A DNA stretch of 64,000 nt. Origin: an uncultured delta proteobacterium (GTDB lineage Bacteria > Myxococcota_A > Polyangia > Polyangiales > JAFGIB01). Location: assembly GCA_963778655.1 (NCBI GenBank), contig CAVZVA010000009.1, positions 192,001-256,000 on the forward strand. The letters run 5' to 3'. The notes beneath the pieces are model-generated. The model saw only the letters and a list, made by a program, of their open reading frames with translations. It was not told the DNA's origin and ran no database searches. Each line of letters starts with the position of its first letter. The stretch's first letter is position 1. Positions 28,865-39,344 of this stretch are shown one piece after another. A program made the translations under genes and the position numbers.

Positions 28865-29299
28865 TCACGACGGTCTTGGCTCGGCGAGCAGCTCGGTCAG
28901 AGCCTGCTCGACTCGAGCAAACTCGACGGGCTTCTGCAGCACGCACGCGTTGGGCTGGAGAGCGCCGAGAACGTCGTCGTTGATCTCCCAAGCGGTCACG
29001 TAGAGCGCGCAAGGAAGCGTGCCTTGGATCTCGCGGATCTGCTCGACCAGGCTGCTCCCGTCGGCATCCCGTAGGCGCACCTCGGTCAAAACAACGTCCA
29101 CGACCCGATTGGCCTCCCGGCACAGGCGCAGCGCATCGCGGGCATTGCTGCTCGACAATGCGCCGTAACCGGAGATGCGCAGCAGCTCGACGTATGCATC
29201 GCGCGCGAAGGCATCACCCTCGACCACGAGGACTGTGCGTTGCTCTGGGACCGTCGCGTTCGCGCTCACCGGCCGACCTACTGCTGTGCGAGCACTCAC
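28865..29299 (-). CDS. Stand-alone receiver domain, atypical (pseudo-receiver); start uncertain
   Basis: VLVVEGD...VDVVLTEV...YVTA...LQKP receiver pattern, with E at the phospho-Asp position. Confidence 0.75.
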   Translation of the reverse strand: MSARTAVGRPVSANATVPEQRTVLVVEGDAFARDAYVELLRISGYGALSSSNARDALRLCREANRVVDVVLTEVRLRDADGSSLVEQIREIQGTLPCALYVTAWEINDDVLGALQPNACVLQKPVEFARVEQALTELLAEPRPS

Positions 29300-29532
29300 G
29301 CTGGTGCTCGGATCAGATGACTGTGAAGGGTCACACTAGCTTCCGCCGCAGGTCCGCGCGAGGGGCTTAGCCCCGACTTCTGTAGGGCAAACGCCTTACC
29401 TCGCGAGTGCGCCGGCAACCGAGCGCGCAGGGTACTCCGTGCGTTCCCTACCTTCGCAGGCGGCGTCGAGCCCCGGCCCTCGGACGCGCCGAGGCGTTCG
29501 AAGCGCGCTTGGCGCTCCCCGGTCGCTTGCGC

Positions 29533-31812
29533 TCACTTCGCGGGCGGGGCGCTGGCCGCGGCCGGCTTGTGCGTGGCCGGCTTGTGGGCGGGGTGCTTGC
29601 GCGCCGCGTGTCTCTTGGCCTTGGCGGGGGGCGCAGCGTTAGGCCCGTAGATCACCTGCGAGATGCGCTGCCGCCCGGCGCGCGTGGCGGCAAAGCGTGC
29701 CTCGCGCACGATCGGCTCCATGCAGGCCTGCAGCGTGGTCGGGGTCACGAAGATGCCCTCGACGCGGCCCTCGCCCTGCACCACCATCGAGATGCGCCCG
29801 CTGCGCGGTTTGCTCGGATCGGCGGCGACGCAGGCCGACAGCGCCTTGTGCACGGGCCACAGCCCGGCGCGCACCATCTCCGGCGTCAGCGCGTAGGGCC
29901 GCGGGTCGGTGACCTGCTGCTCGGCTTCCGGCTCGGGTTCCGCCTTCGGGGTCGGGTCCTGCTTGGCCGATGCGCTGGGGGTGGGCTTGGCGTCGAGCAG
30001 CGCGAGCGCCTCGGCGGCCTTGTCGCGCAGTCCTTGCGGTGTAAGCGCGTCCTGGGCAACGTCTTGCAGGCTCGCGCGGGAGCTGCGCGCGTGTAGCGCG
30101 CCGAGCGCGTGCACCGCAGCGTAGAGCGCGGGCTGCACCTCCGAGCCGGCCGGCTCGGCGTGGTGCAGGCGCACGAAGCGCTCGATCGCGCTGCCCGCCG
30201 CGTGATGGTCAAGCTTCTCGAGCGCGTCGAACAGCGCCGCCAGATCGCGCGCCGAGGTGTTCGGGTCCTCCATCTGGCTCACCAGCAGCGGGCCCGCCTT
30301 CTGCAGCTTCATTAGCGCGGCGGCCTTGGCCAGCGCCCCGACCGGGGGTGCAGTGGTGTTGTCGAGGAACGAGGCGCGCCGGGCGAGCGCGCGCAGCACC
30401 TCGTTGCCGCCGTTCTCGCGTCCCGCCAGATGCTTGCAGGCCGCGGATTGCACCGGCTCCGGGCTCTTGCGGTTGGAGCACAGCTCGATCAAGTGCGCGG
30501 TGACCGCGGCGTCGGGGATCAGCGCCAAGTGCTCGACCGCGTACGCGCGCCCGGCGCTCAGCCGGTCGTCCTCGAGCGCGGCAGCCGCGAACAGCTGCTC
30601 GCGCAGCGTCGGCAGCGGCGCCTCGCCCGCGCTGCCCTTGCGGGCCGCCATGCTGGCGCTGCTGACAGTCGCGGGCGCGCCCGCCCCCGGGCTGGCCGCC
30701 GCCGGAATCCACGCGCCGGGTCGGATCGTCACCACCTGCACCGGCCGGCCGAGGTCGCGCTGCATGCGCGTCTCACCCGCCAGATCCACGAAGCGCAGCA
30801 CACCCGCGCTGTCGGCCACGAACCAGCCGCCGGGCTGAGTCGCCGCGCCCACCAGATCGTGATCGAAGGTGCGTACCCAGTGGATCTCGTCTTTTTGCGC
30901 GTCGAGCGCGAACAGCAGGCGATAGAAGCGCAGCAGCAGCGTGCCGTTTTCCGCGCCCAGGACGCCGTCGTGCTCGCCGATGCGGAACTCGAGCTGCAAG
31001 CGGTGGTAGGCGTTCTCCGGCTCGGGCACGGCGGTGTAGCCGTCGCGTAGGAAGGGCGGCTGTCCCGGCAGCTCGCGGCGCAACGGCGCGTAGCCGGGAT
31101 TGGCTTTGTCGGGCTGCTCGAGCAGCGTCTGGTCCACGCGCATCAGCGCGTGCTGACCCACGTAGACGTGCCCGTGATCGACCAAGGCCTGGCCGAGCAC
31201 GGTTTTGTTGAAGTGCCAGCGCGTCAGCTCGGCGCCGTTCTTTGCGCTCAGCGCGGACAGCCGCTGCGTCGCCCACGGCACCAGCACGTAGTCGCCGGCC
31301 AGCGCGGGTACGCCCACCGGCAGCTTGAGCGGCTGCTTCCAGCGCACGCGGTTGCCGTCGACGTAGGCGACGGCGCCGCGCGGGTCGCCGTCTCCATAAC
31401 TGATCGCGACGACCACCGACCGACCCTGGCCGTCGGCACCGACCAGATCGCCGGTCTCGTCGACCACCGCGCGTACCTCGCCGCTGCCGAGGTCGCGCAC
31501 CACGATCCCCGCGCCTTCGCGCAGCACGACGGCGTTCCCCGCCACCAGCGGCGCGCTCTTGGCGTGTACCGGCCGCTCCCACAGCAGCCCAGCGCTCAGG
31601 TCGAACGCGAACAGCCGCTGGGGGTCGGAGGTGACGCCCACCGCCACCGGGCGCTCGTCGCGTGGCGGCTGCTGCGTGAGCTGGCCCAGCACCACGCGTT
31701 CGGTAGGCGCGACAGGCGGCTTGAACACCGGCTGAAACGAGGCCGGCCCGCAGCCCAGCACCCACAGCGGCAGCGCCGCGATCAGCCAGCTCGAAACGGC
31801 AACGCGCATCAT
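29533..31812 (-). CDS. Lipoprotein with PQQ-like beta-propeller, helical (HEAT-like) region and TonB-C/AgmX-like tail
   Basis: Lipobox VLGC, propeller-type motifs (LFAFDL..GLLWE, LFALDA..EIHW), helical repeats, tail LSACV...GRVEG...LQACM. Confidence 0.65.
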   Translation of the reverse strand: MMRVAVSSWLIAALPLWVLGCGPASFQPVFKPPVAPTERVVLGQLTQQPPRDERPVAVGVTSDPQRLFAFDLSAGLLWERPVHAKSAPLVAGNAVVLREGAGIVVRDLGSGEVRAVVDETGDLVGADGQGRSVVVAISYGDGDPRGAVAYVDGNRVRWKQPLKLPVGVPALAGDYVLVPWATQRLSALSAKNGAELTRWHFNKTVLGQALVDHGHVYVGQHALMRVDQTLLEQPDKANPGYAPLRRELPGQPPFLRDGYTAVPEPENAYHRLQLEFRIGEHDGVLGAENGTLLLRFYRLLFALDAQKDEIHWVRTFDHDLVGAATQPGGWFVADSAGVLRFVDLAGETRMQRDLGRPVQVVTIRPGAWIPAAASPGAGAPATVSSASMAARKGSAGEAPLPTLREQLFAAAALEDDRLSAGRAYAVEHLALIPDAAVTAHLIELCSNRKSPEPVQSAACKHLAGRENGGNEVLRALARRASFLDNTTAPPVGALAKAAALMKLQKAGPLLVSQMEDPNTSARDLAALFDALEKLDHHAAGSAIERFVRLHHAEPAGSEVQPALYAAVHALGALHARSSRASLQDVAQDALTPQGLRDKAAEALALLDAKPTPSASAKQDPTPKAEPEPEAEQQVTDPRPYALTPEMVRAGLWPVHKALSACVAADPSKPRSGRISMVVQGEGRVEGIFVTPTTLQACMEPIVREARFAATRAGRQRISQVIYGPNAAPPAKAKRHAARKHPAHKPATHKPAAASAPPAK

Positions 31813-33056
31813 GGCTTGTCTCCCGCCACCCCGGCTGTCCCTGCGGCGGTCGCTTTGCTCGCCGCCGGCGTGACCCCGCCCGCGGCCGCAGTCGGGGTCT
31901 TGCCCGCAGGCTTCGCCGCGCTCGTGGTTGTAGCCGTAGTCGTAGCCGGCGCCTTGTGCGCGGGCGCCACGCGGGCGGCGGGCGTGGCGCTCGCCGCCCG
32001 CGTGCTCGTCCCGCCCGCCCCGGCCGGCCGCTTGATCACCAGCTTGGCCGCGTCGTCGAGCCGCTTGATGCCGTCGAACAGCGCTTTGCGCAGCTGCGTG
32101 GGTCCCTTGTCCTTCCAGGCGTCGAGCCACTGCACCAGACACATGCGCGCGTTGGAGGAGCCGACCTTCTCCACGCGCTTCACGATCTGCAGCTTCGTCG
32201 AAAGCGAGACGTTCTTGCGCTCCAGCATCCCGCGCAGCGCCGGCTCGATCGGCGTGAGGTCGCCGCCGCTCGCCCGCGAGAGCAGCGTGTCGAGGTCTCG
32301 CGAGCCCGCGATCGCGCCGACGGTTTCGAACGCATGAGCGACGCCGCGATCGGCGGCGGCGAGCACCGCTGGCAGCGCGCGCGCGTTGCCCACCCGCGCC
32401 AGCGCCTGGATCGCGGCGCTCCGCACCTCAGGGCTGGGATCATCCAGCGCGTAGAGCAGCGACGACTGTGCGCTGCGGATCCCCAGCGCACCGAGCGCGG
32501 AGACCGCGCGCTGCCGGATCTCCGCTCGCCGGTGCAGGGTGAGCTCGAGCAGAGCGGGCCCGGCGCTGGGCCGGCCGACCTGCACCAGCGCCGCGATCGC
32601 GCGCTCGATCAGCGCGGGCGGCAACCCGCGCCGGAGGCGTGTGGCGATCGCCGACGACGCCTGCTCGCCGCCGAGCAGGGCGAGCGTGTCGAGCGCAATG
32701 CCGAGCGCGGCGGCGTCGCTGCCGGACAGCTGCTTCAGCGCTTCGCGCAGCGCCTCGGCCCGCGCCTTGCCTGTGAGCGGCGCGGGCACGGCCTTCGCAG
32801 GCGCGGCCTTTGCGGGTGCGACCTTCGCAGGCGCGCTCTTCGCGGGCGCCGCTTTCGCCGGTGCGGGCGCGGATGCCGGCGCCGCATTGCGAGCCGCGGC
32901 GCGTGGCGCCAACGGCTCCGGGGCGGCGCTGGCAAGCGCCGCGGCGTCCACTGCTTGCGCTCTTTTGGCTGCGGGCGGCGGCGAGGCAGCCGCGGGCCTA
33001 CCCGACGCAAGCGTCGCGATTGTGAGCCACGAACCCAGCACATCTCTCACACGCAT
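31809..33056 (-). CDS. HEAT-repeat protein with Ala/Pro/Lys-rich linkers
   Basis: IRQRAVSALGALG, ALDDPSPEVRSAAIQALARVG; 4-bp overlap with the next gene. Confidence 0.75.
   Translation of the reverse strand: MRVRDVLGSWLTIATLASGRPAAASPPPAAKRAQAVDAAALASAAPEPLAPRAAARNAAPASAPAPAKAAPAKSAPAKVAPAKAAPAKAVPAPLTGKARAEALREALKQLSGSDAAALGIALDTLALLGGEQASSAIATRLRRGLPPALIERAIAALVQVGRPSAGPALLELTLHRRAEIRQRAVSALGALGIRSAQSSLLYALDDPSPEVRSAAIQALARVGNARALPAVLAAADRGVAHAFETVGAIAGSRDLDTLLSRASGGDLTPIEPALRGMLERKNVSLSTKLQIVKRVEKVGSSNARMCLVQWLDAWKDKGPTQLRKALFDGIKRLDDAAKLVIKRPAGAGGTSTRAASATPAARVAPAHKAPATTTATTTSAAKPAGKTPTAAAGGVTPAASKATAAGTAGVAGDKP
32790..32864 (-). repeat. Five 15-bp coding tandem repeats (APAKx)
   Basis: ggccttcgcaggcgc / ggcctttgcgggtgc / gaccttcgcaggcgc / gctcttcgcgggcgc / cgctttcgccggtgc. 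Confidence 0.85.
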
Positions 33057-33237
33057 CGCATCCCTCCCGCGGTATGGCGATCCCTTGCGATCGTACACGA
33101 TGCCTGGAGCGCATTCGCTGCGTGCGTGTCCGAGCACTTGTGCGCACATCGCCAGCCACACGCACCGGAAGGAGCACGCAACAGATTGCGGGGGTGTGCT
33201 GCGCCGGACGTTGCGCGGCGCGGGTCGAGATCGGCTC

Positions 33238-35166
33238 TCAGCCGGGCTCGCGCTTGAGGAAGATCGCGCCGAGCGGCGGCACGCTCACTTGCAGCGAGCA
33301 GCTGCGGCCGTGGTACGGCTGCTCGCTCGCTTCCACCATGCCCAGATTGCCCACGCCGCTGCCGCCGTATTCCGTGGCGTCGCTGTTGACGATCTCGCGC
33401 CAGCAACCCCGAAAGCTCACCCCGAGCCGGTAGTCGCGACGCGGCACGGGCGTGAAGTTGCACGCGATCACGATCGGCTGCGACTCGTCGTGCCCGCGGC
33501 GCGCGAACGAGAGCACGCCGTTCTCGGCGTCGTCGGCATCGATCCACTCGAAGCCGCCCGCGTCGACGTCGCGCTGGTGCAGGGCCGGCTCGCTCGCGTA
33601 GGTGCGGTTGAGGTGCGCCACCAGGCGCTCGATGCCGCGGTGCGCAGGCAGCGCCTGCAGGTGCCACTCCACGCTGGACTCGTAGCTCCACTCAGCCACC
33701 TGCGCGAGCTCGGCGCCCATGAACAGCAGCTTCTTGCCGGGCTGGGCGAACATCAGCGCATACAGCAGCCGCAGGTTGGCGAAGCGCTGCCACTCGTCGC
33801 CGGGCATCTTGCCCAGCAGCGAGCCCTTGCCGTGCACGACCTCGTCGTGTGAGAGCGGCAGCACGAAGTTCTCGTGAAAGGCATACAGCGAGCGGAACGT
33901 GAGCTGGTTGTGATGCCACTTGCGGTGCACCGGGTCGCGCTGCATGTAGCTCAGCGTGTCGTGCATCCAGCCCATGTCCCACTTCAGACCGAAGCCGAGG
34001 CCACCGAGATAGACCGGGCGCGACACCATCGGCCACGCGGTCGACTCTTCGGCGTAGGTCTGCACGTCGGGAAACTCCGCGTAGACCGCCTCGTTCATCG
34101 CCTGCAGCAGCGCGATCGCTTCGAGGTTCTCGCGACCGCCATATTGGTTCGGGATCCACTCGTCCTGTTTGCGCGAGTAGTCCCGGTACAGCATCGAAGC
34201 CACGCCGTCCACGCGGATGCCGTCGACGTGATAGACGTCGAGCCAGAACAGCGCGCTCGAGAGCAGGAACGATCGCACCTCGTGACGCGCGTAGTTGAAG
34301 ATGCAGCTGCGCCAGTCGGGATGAAAGCCGAGCCGCGGGTCGGCGTGCTCGTACAGGTGGGTGCCGTCAAAGTAGGCCAGCCCGTGCTCGTCGCTGGGGA
34401 AGTGCGCGGGCACCCAGTCGAGGATCACCCCGATCCCGCGCTGGTGCAGCTGGTCCACCAGGTACATGAAGTCCTGCGGCGCGCCGAAGCGGCTGGTGGG
34501 CGCGAAGTAGCCCGTGACCTGGTAGCCCCAGGAGCCGCCGAACGGATGCTCCATCACCGGCATCAGCTCCACGTGGGTGAAGCCCATGGCCGCGACGTGC
34601 TCGGCCAGCGGCGCGGCTATCTCGCGGTAGGAGAGCGAGCGCCCGCCCTGCTCGACCACGCGGCGGAACGAGCCCAGGTGCAGCTCGTAGATCGAGATCG
34701 GCGCCTGCAGTGAGTTGCGCGCCGCGCGCCCGCGCATCCACTCGCCGTCGTCCCAGCGGTACAGCAGGTCCCACACGATCGACGCCGTGCGCGGCGGGAT
34801 CTCGTGGTGAAACCCGAACGGATCGGCCTTGTCGACGCGATAGCCGCCCATGCGCGATTCGACGTGGTACTTGTAGCGGGCGCCGCGCCCGATGCCCGGC
34901 ACGAAGCCCTCCCAGATGCCGGAGCGGCCGACCGGTTCCAGCACCCGCTCGCCCGGCTGCCAGCCGTTGAAGTCGCCCACCAGCGACACTCGCGCTGCGT
35001 TCGGCGCCCACACCCGAAACAGCGTGCCGGCCTGGTCGTGACGCCGCGCCGGGTGCGCACCCAGCTTTTCGTAGAGCCGCGTGTGCCGGCCCTCGTTAAA
35101 CAGGTGCAGGTCCATGTCGCCGAGCTGTCCGGCGTAGGCGTGGGGATCGCGTGCGTCTGAGCTCAT
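33238..35166 (-). CDS. glgB: 1,4-alpha-glucan branching enzyme
   Basis: [56 protein letters not shown]. Confidence 0.96.
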   Translation of the reverse strand: MSSDARDPHAYAGQLGDMDLHLFNEGRHTRLYEKLGAHPARRHDQAGTLFRVWAPNAARVSLVGDFNGWQPGERVLEPVGRSGIWEGFVPGIGRGARYKYHVESRMGGYRVDKADPFGFHHEIPPRTASIVWDLLYRWDDGEWMRGRAARNSLQAPISIYELHLGSFRRVVEQGGRSLSYREIAAPLAEHVAAMGFTHVELMPVMEHPFGGSWGYQVTGYFAPTSRFGAPQDFMYLVDQLHQRGIGVILDWVPAHFPSDEHGLAYFDGTHLYEHADPRLGFHPDWRSCIFNYARHEVRSFLLSSALFWLDVYHVDGIRVDGVASMLYRDYSRKQDEWIPNQYGGRENLEAIALLQAMNEAVYAEFPDVQTYAEESTAWPMVSRPVYLGGLGFGLKWDMGWMHDTLSYMQRDPVHRKWHHNQLTFRSLYAFHENFVLPLSHDEVVHGKGSLLGKMPGDEWQRFANLRLLYALMFAQPGKKLLFMGAELAQVAEWSYESSVEWHLQALPAHRGIERLVAHLNRTYASEPALHQRDVDAGGFEWIDADDAENGVLSFARRGHDESQPIVIACNFTPVPRRDYRLGVSFRGCWREIVNSDATEYGGSGVGNLGMVEASEQPYHGRSCSLQVSVPPLGAIFLKREPG

Positions 35167-35203
35167 GATCAGGGTGTCGGGGTGGCTGCGGCCATGGCTA
35201 GCA

Positions 35204-35881
35204 CTATTTGTCGTTGGGCAGCCACGGCCAGAGCACGTTGCGCTCCGCGGTGCGCGCCTGATCCCAGGCCGTAATCTGCGCCGGATCGAGCACGCGGTGT
35301 GCGGCGTCGTCGGTCTGCTGCAGCATCGCCACCCAATCGGCCGCGCCCTTTTCGGGATTCTCGAGCGCATCGGGCCGCCGCAGCAGCTCGACCATCTTGT
35401 CGAGCTCGTCGGAGAGCAGCTGGTGCAGCTGCTCGGTCTGCCAGGGCGAGAGGCCGAAGCGCTGGGCGAAGTCGTCGAGCGCCGTCTCGCGCCACTGCAG
35501 CCAGCGCGAGCGCTGGAAGGCCAGCTGGCGATCGCGTACCCGTGCTTGCTGGCGTTCGACCACCGCCAGGATGCGCTGCTCGCTGGCGGCGCTGGCCGCC
35601 GCGCTGGCGGCGCTGGCTGCTGCGCGCGTGCCCTTGACTGCAGCCGGCGAGGCGTCGAGCCGCTCGCGTAGCGCGCGCACCTCCGCCTCCAGCGCCGCGA
35701 TCCGCTGCGCGTAGCCGGCCGCGGCCTGCCCGCCCTCGCTCTCCGTGTGCTCGGCCGCCTCGGCCTCGGGGCCGAGCCGCAGGTCGAGCGCGTCGACCCG
35801 CCGCTCGAGGCTGGCCACCCGGTATGCGAACAACCCGCCGGCGAGCACCAGCGCCAGCGCGAGCAGCGCCCAAAACCGCAT
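35204..35881 (-). CDS. Hypothetical membrane-anchored coiled-coil protein
   Basis: N-terminal TM/signal, heptad-like helices, typical codon bias. Confidence 0.7.
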   Translation of the reverse strand: MRFWALLALALVLAGGLFAYRVASLERRVDALDLRLGPEAEAAEHTESEGGQAAAGYAQRIAALEAEVRALRERLDASPAAVKGTRAAASAASAAASAASEQRILAVVERQQARVRDRQLAFQRSRWLQWRETALDDFAQRFGLSPWQTEQLHQLLSDELDKMVELLRRPDALENPEKGAADWVAMLQQTDDAAHRVLDPAQITAWDQARTAERNVLWPWLPNDK

Positions 35882-35932
35882 AGCGCGCGGAGGATAGCAC
35901 GCGGCGGCGCGTGCCGTAGCCGCCCGCGCCGC

Positions 35933-36823
35933 TCAGCCCGCGCCGCTCGCGCTCGACGCGGACAGGGCCCGCTCCCGCTGCTCGCATTCCTGCTCGCGGC
36001 CGCGCACCACGCGCCGTCCGGCCAGCACGCCGCGCGACTCCGTGACCACCGTGCACTGGTCCTCGCGACCTCCGCGCTCGTAGAACAGCACCACCCAGTC
36101 GCGCGTGCGGCCGAGCTCATGGGCGCGCGCCGTATTGGAGTAGAGCGCGGTGAAGTGCCAGCCGTCGAGCTCCAGGTGGAGCACCGGCAGCCACGCTTCG
36201 TGCGTCGGGTTGAAGCGGCGCGGCGCGATCCGCGGCAGCTCGCCGGCGTCGGCCGCGGTGCGGTAGCGCGCGTCGACCTCGAGTAGGGTGGCCACGCTCG
36301 GCTGCTCGCGCGGCTCCGCGGCGACCGGCGCGTGGCGCCGCCCGTGGCGCAGCAGCGTGCCGAGCACCGCGCGCAGCCCTTCCACTCGCCGGCTGCCCAT
36401 CCCCGGCACGTCCGCCAGCCGTCCATCGTGGGCAGCCAGCTCCAGCTCCTCGAGCGACTCGACGCCGAGCTGCTCGTGGATCCGGCGTGCCAGCGTGCGG
36501 CCGATGCCCGGGACCGAGCAAAGCAGGTCCTCGGGGCACATGTCGCCCTGCAGCCGGTCGAGCATGCGCAGCTGCCCGCTGCCCGCGATCTCGAGGATCG
36601 CCCGCGCGATGCCCTGTCCGACGTGGGGGATGCGCTCCAGACCGGCCCGACCCTCGCGCTCGGCGATCTCGCGCACCGGCTGCTCGAGCAGGCGCACGCT
36701 CTGCGCGCCGGCGTGATAGGCGCGCGCGCGAAACGGATTGGCGCGCTGCGCGTCGAGCAGGTTGCCGGCCCGATCGAGCAAAGCCGCGACCTTCAGATTG
36801 TCTGGGTGGGGCGCGCCGAGCAT
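35933..36823 (-). CDS. Helix-hairpin-helix DNA-binding protein with PolX-like N-terminus
   Basis: [23 protein letters not shown] HhH motifs; C-terminal domain RRFNP...[13 protein letters not shown]...RRVVRGRE. Confidence 0.8.
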   Translation of the reverse strand: MLGAPHPDNLKVAALLDRAGNLLDAQRANPFRARAYHAGAQSVRLLEQPVREIAEREGRAGLERIPHVGQGIARAILEIAGSGQLRMLDRLQGDMCPEDLLCSVPGIGRTLARRIHEQLGVESLEELELAAHDGRLADVPGMGSRRVEGLRAVLGTLLRHGRRHAPVAAEPREQPSVATLLEVDARYRTAADAGELPRIAPRRFNPTHEAWLPVLHLELDGWHFTALYSNTARAHELGRTRDWVVLFYERGGREDQCTVVTESRGVLAGRRVVRGREQECEQRERALSASSASGAG

Positions 36824-37002
36824 GTCGCTTGCAACGTAACCACGGCTGCATCCGCGTCCGCGGGTCGGGGCCCGGGGGCGGGTCGTGCATGTGGTCCAGG
36901 GTACGAGGCGGGCGCCCCGTCGCGAGCGAATGCCGAGGATTGCGGGCCTCGCCGGCTGCCGCGCCCGCGGTTGTCGAGTAGACTGAAAGCGGCTCTGGTG
37001 CG

Positions 37003-37743
37003 ATGAGCAGCTCGACCATTCGCAGCACGCTCGAGGTGTTTTCCCAGGCGATCGGGGCGGGCGAGACGCAGGTCGTCTTCCAGCCGATCGTCGACCTGGC
37101 CAAGAAGCGGCTGTTCGCGGTCGAGGCGCTGGCGCGCTGCCGCGTGCCCGGGCTCGAATCGCCGGTCCGCCTGTTCGCGGACGCAGTCGAGAAGGGCTAC
37201 TGCGGCCGGCTCGGGCGTCAGATCCGCGAGCTCACCGTGCAGCGCTGCGCGGACATCCCGGTGTTCACCAATGTGCACCCCGAGGAGCTGACGCAACGCT
37301 GGCTGGTGCGCCCCGATGACCCCATCTATAGCCACCAGAACGACGTCTACGTCGAGATCACCGAATCGGTGCCGTTCTCCCACTTCGAGCTGTGCGTCTC
37401 GATCCTGCGCGAGATTCAGTCGCGCGGCCGCGTCCATCTGGTGATCGACGATCTCGGCGCGGGCTTCTCCAACCTGCAGCGCATCGTCGACCTCAACCCT
37501 GCGATCGTGAAGCTCGACATGCAGTTGGTGCGCGGCATCGACCGCCAGACGCGCCAGCAGCGGCTGGTCAAGTCGATCGTGGCGATGTGCGTCGATCAGG
37601 GCGCGCGCGTGGTGGCCGAGGGGATCGAGACGGCGGGCGAGCTGCAAGCGGTGATCGACGCCGGCGTGCACTTCGGCCAAGGCTATCTGCTGGCCCGGCC
37701 CGGCTATCCGATCCCGCCGATCACCTGGCCGGCGAAGCGCTGA
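37003..37743 (+). CDS. Stand-alone EAL-domain protein (putative c-di-GMP phosphodiesterase)
   Basis: FQPIV, EALAR, EITES, IDDLGAG, VKLD, AEGIE, QGYLLARP. Confidence 0.9.
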   Translation: MSSSTIRSTLEVFSQAIGAGETQVVFQPIVDLAKKRLFAVEALARCRVPGLESPVRLFADAVEKGYCGRLGRQIRELTVQRCADIPVFTNVHPEELTQRWLVRPDDPIYSHQNDVYVEITESVPFSHFELCVSILREIQSRGRVHLVIDDLGAGFSNLQRIVDLNPAIVKLDMQLVRGIDRQTRQQRLVKSIVAMCVDQGARVVAEGIETAGELQAVIDAGVHFGQGYLLARPGYPIPPITWPAKR

Positions 37744-37769
37744 TTCGTCGCTTGCGAAGCGCCCGGACG

Positions 37770-37840
37770 AGGAGCCACAGCAAGGCGGGCAGACGGGGAG
37801 CAGGGACGAGACGCTTCTTCCCACCTGCCTGTTGGCTCCT
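37770..37840. repeat. Intergenic hairpin between convergent genes (GGGAAG-type family)
   Basis: aggagcca...tggctcct closing stem, with purine-rich and pyrimidine-rich arms. Confidence 0.5.
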
Positions 37841-37860
37841 TGAGCCCGGCCGGCGTTGCG

Positions 37861-38499
37861 CTAGCCGTCGGAGAGGCCGTGCTTGCTTCCGGGCTTGCCG
37901 GTGGCGAGCGTTTCGCCATGCTGTTCGCGCTCGTCGCCCTGGTAGCCGCCGAGGGTGCGCGCAGTGCGTTGCCCGTCCCAGCGCGCCACCGAGCCCGACT
38001 GCCCGCTGTCGGGTCGGGCCTCGCTGAGCGGATGCTGGCCGCCCGGGCCTGCGGACGAGATGTGGCGCGACTCGGTCGGCGCCGCGCCGTGCGCGTGCGA
38101 TGGCCGCGCCGGGCTGTGCTCGACCGCGGGCTGCGCGAACAGACGGGCCAGCTCGTCTGGGATGCGCCGCAGCAGCCCCTCGCGCTCCGCGTCGTCGAGC
38201 CGTTCGGCCACCGCCCTGCACGCGATCTCGAGCTGCTCGAGCGCGTGGCCGTGCTCCAGACCACACGCCCCGGCAACCTCGGCCGCCAGCGCGAACAGCG
38301 ACGCTTCGGCGTCGCGCCGCTGGCCCTGCAGCGCGTCGCGCAGCTCTGAGGGCAGCGCGCGCGCCAGCGTGGCCCGGTCCTGCGCCGAGAGCCGCGCGGA
38401 GACCGCGCCCAGGCTGGCTCGCAGCAGTGTGCGCGCGGCGGCCTTGTCGGCCGGTCCGCCCCACGCCTGCACGCGCTCGACCAGTGATCTCACCGCCAT
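37861..38499 (-). CDS. DUF2267-like protein
   Basis: Two helical repeats (LVERVQ...LARALPSELR; AVAERL...IPDELARLF) plus a low-complexity tail. Confidence 0.6.
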   Translation of the reverse strand: MAVRSLVERVQAWGGPADKAAARTLLRASLGAVSARLSAQDRATLARALPSELRDALQGQRRDAEASLFALAAEVAGACGLEHGHALEQLEIACRAVAERLDDAEREGLLRRIPDELARLFAQPAVEHSPARPSHAHGAAPTESRHISSAGPGGQHPLSEARPDSGQSGSVARWDGQRTARTLGGYQGDEREQHGETLATGKPGSKHGLSDG

Positions 38500-38544
38500 A
38501 CCGGGACAGATACGCGCTGCGCGCCCGAGCGCAAGCCGCCGTGA

Positions 38545-39330
38545 TCAGCCCTGCTCGTCAACACACAGGAAATCGCTGGCGGTCACGATACCGCCGATGC
38601 CCTCGAGGTCCATCACCGCGATGTCCCGCGTGCGCATCGCGCAGGCCTGCGCCGCGGCGCGGTGCAAGGCCATGCTCGGCGGCAGGCTCAGCACCGACGG
38701 GTTGAACCACTGCTCGACCGTGGTCGGCGCGGGCCAAAGCTCCGCCGCCAGGGCCTCCTCCTGGCCGAACACGCCGACCGGCCAGCCGCCCTCGACCACC
38801 ACCAGCCCGTGAACGCGCGCCGCGCGCAGCCGCTCGAGCGCCGCCCCAGTCGGCTCCTGCGGGCTCACCGTGATCACGGGCGACGACATCAGCGTGCCGA
38901 GGTGGCGCGCCAGCCGCGCCGCGGCCACCACCCGCATCACGTCCCACGCGCTCACCAATCCGCACAGCCGCCCGCCATCGACGACCAGCACGCGGTGCAC
39001 GCGCTCGCTGCGCATCAGCTGCACCGCCTCGCGCAGGCTGCCCTCGAGCTGCACGCACAGCGGCCGGCCGTGCACGCTGTCGGCGACCCTGCGGTCGGGC
39101 AGCATGAGCCGGGTCTGCGCCGTGCCGGTGACCGCCTGGACCGCGCCTGCCTGCAGCAGGTCGGTCAGGCTCACCACGCCCAGCGGCCGCAGCTCTGCAT
39201 CCACCACCGGCACCCCGGAGACGCCCGCGTCGCGCAACAGGCGCTCCACCGCGGGCAGCCGCGCATCGGGGCCGACCGTGTGCAGCGCCGCGCTCATACA
39301 GTCGGCGATCGGCAGGTCGAACAGCGCCAT
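38545..39330 (-). CDS. CBS-domain protein (two CBS pairs)
   Basis: SGVPVVD...GVVSLTDL, HRVLVVD...GLVSAWDV, MSSPVITV. Confidence 0.88.
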   Translation of the reverse strand: MALFDLPIADCMSAALHTVGPDARLPAVERLLRDAGVSGVPVVDAELRPLGVVSLTDLLQAGAVQAVTGTAQTRLMLPDRRVADSVHGRPLCVQLEGSLREAVQLMRSERVHRVLVVDGGRLCGLVSAWDVMRVVAAARLARHLGTLMSSPVITVSPQEPTGAALERLRAARVHGLVVVEGGWPVGVFGQEEALAAELWPAPTTVEQWFNPSVLSLPPSMALHRAAAQACAMRTRDIAVMDLEGIGGIVTASDFLCVDEQG

Positions 39331-39344
39331 CGTCCTTGATCAGC

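Noticed and set aside
33238..36426. Apparent 1062-aa GlgB fusion, and similar long N-extensions on DoxX, TauE, SDR, RnhB and the acyl-CoA dehydrogenase
   Set aside because: The extensions overlap other real genes and have shadow-like composition; internal starts give normal lengths.
35933..36823. Calling this gene DNA polymerase X
   Set aside because: No palm catalytic motifs or PHP domain, and too short.
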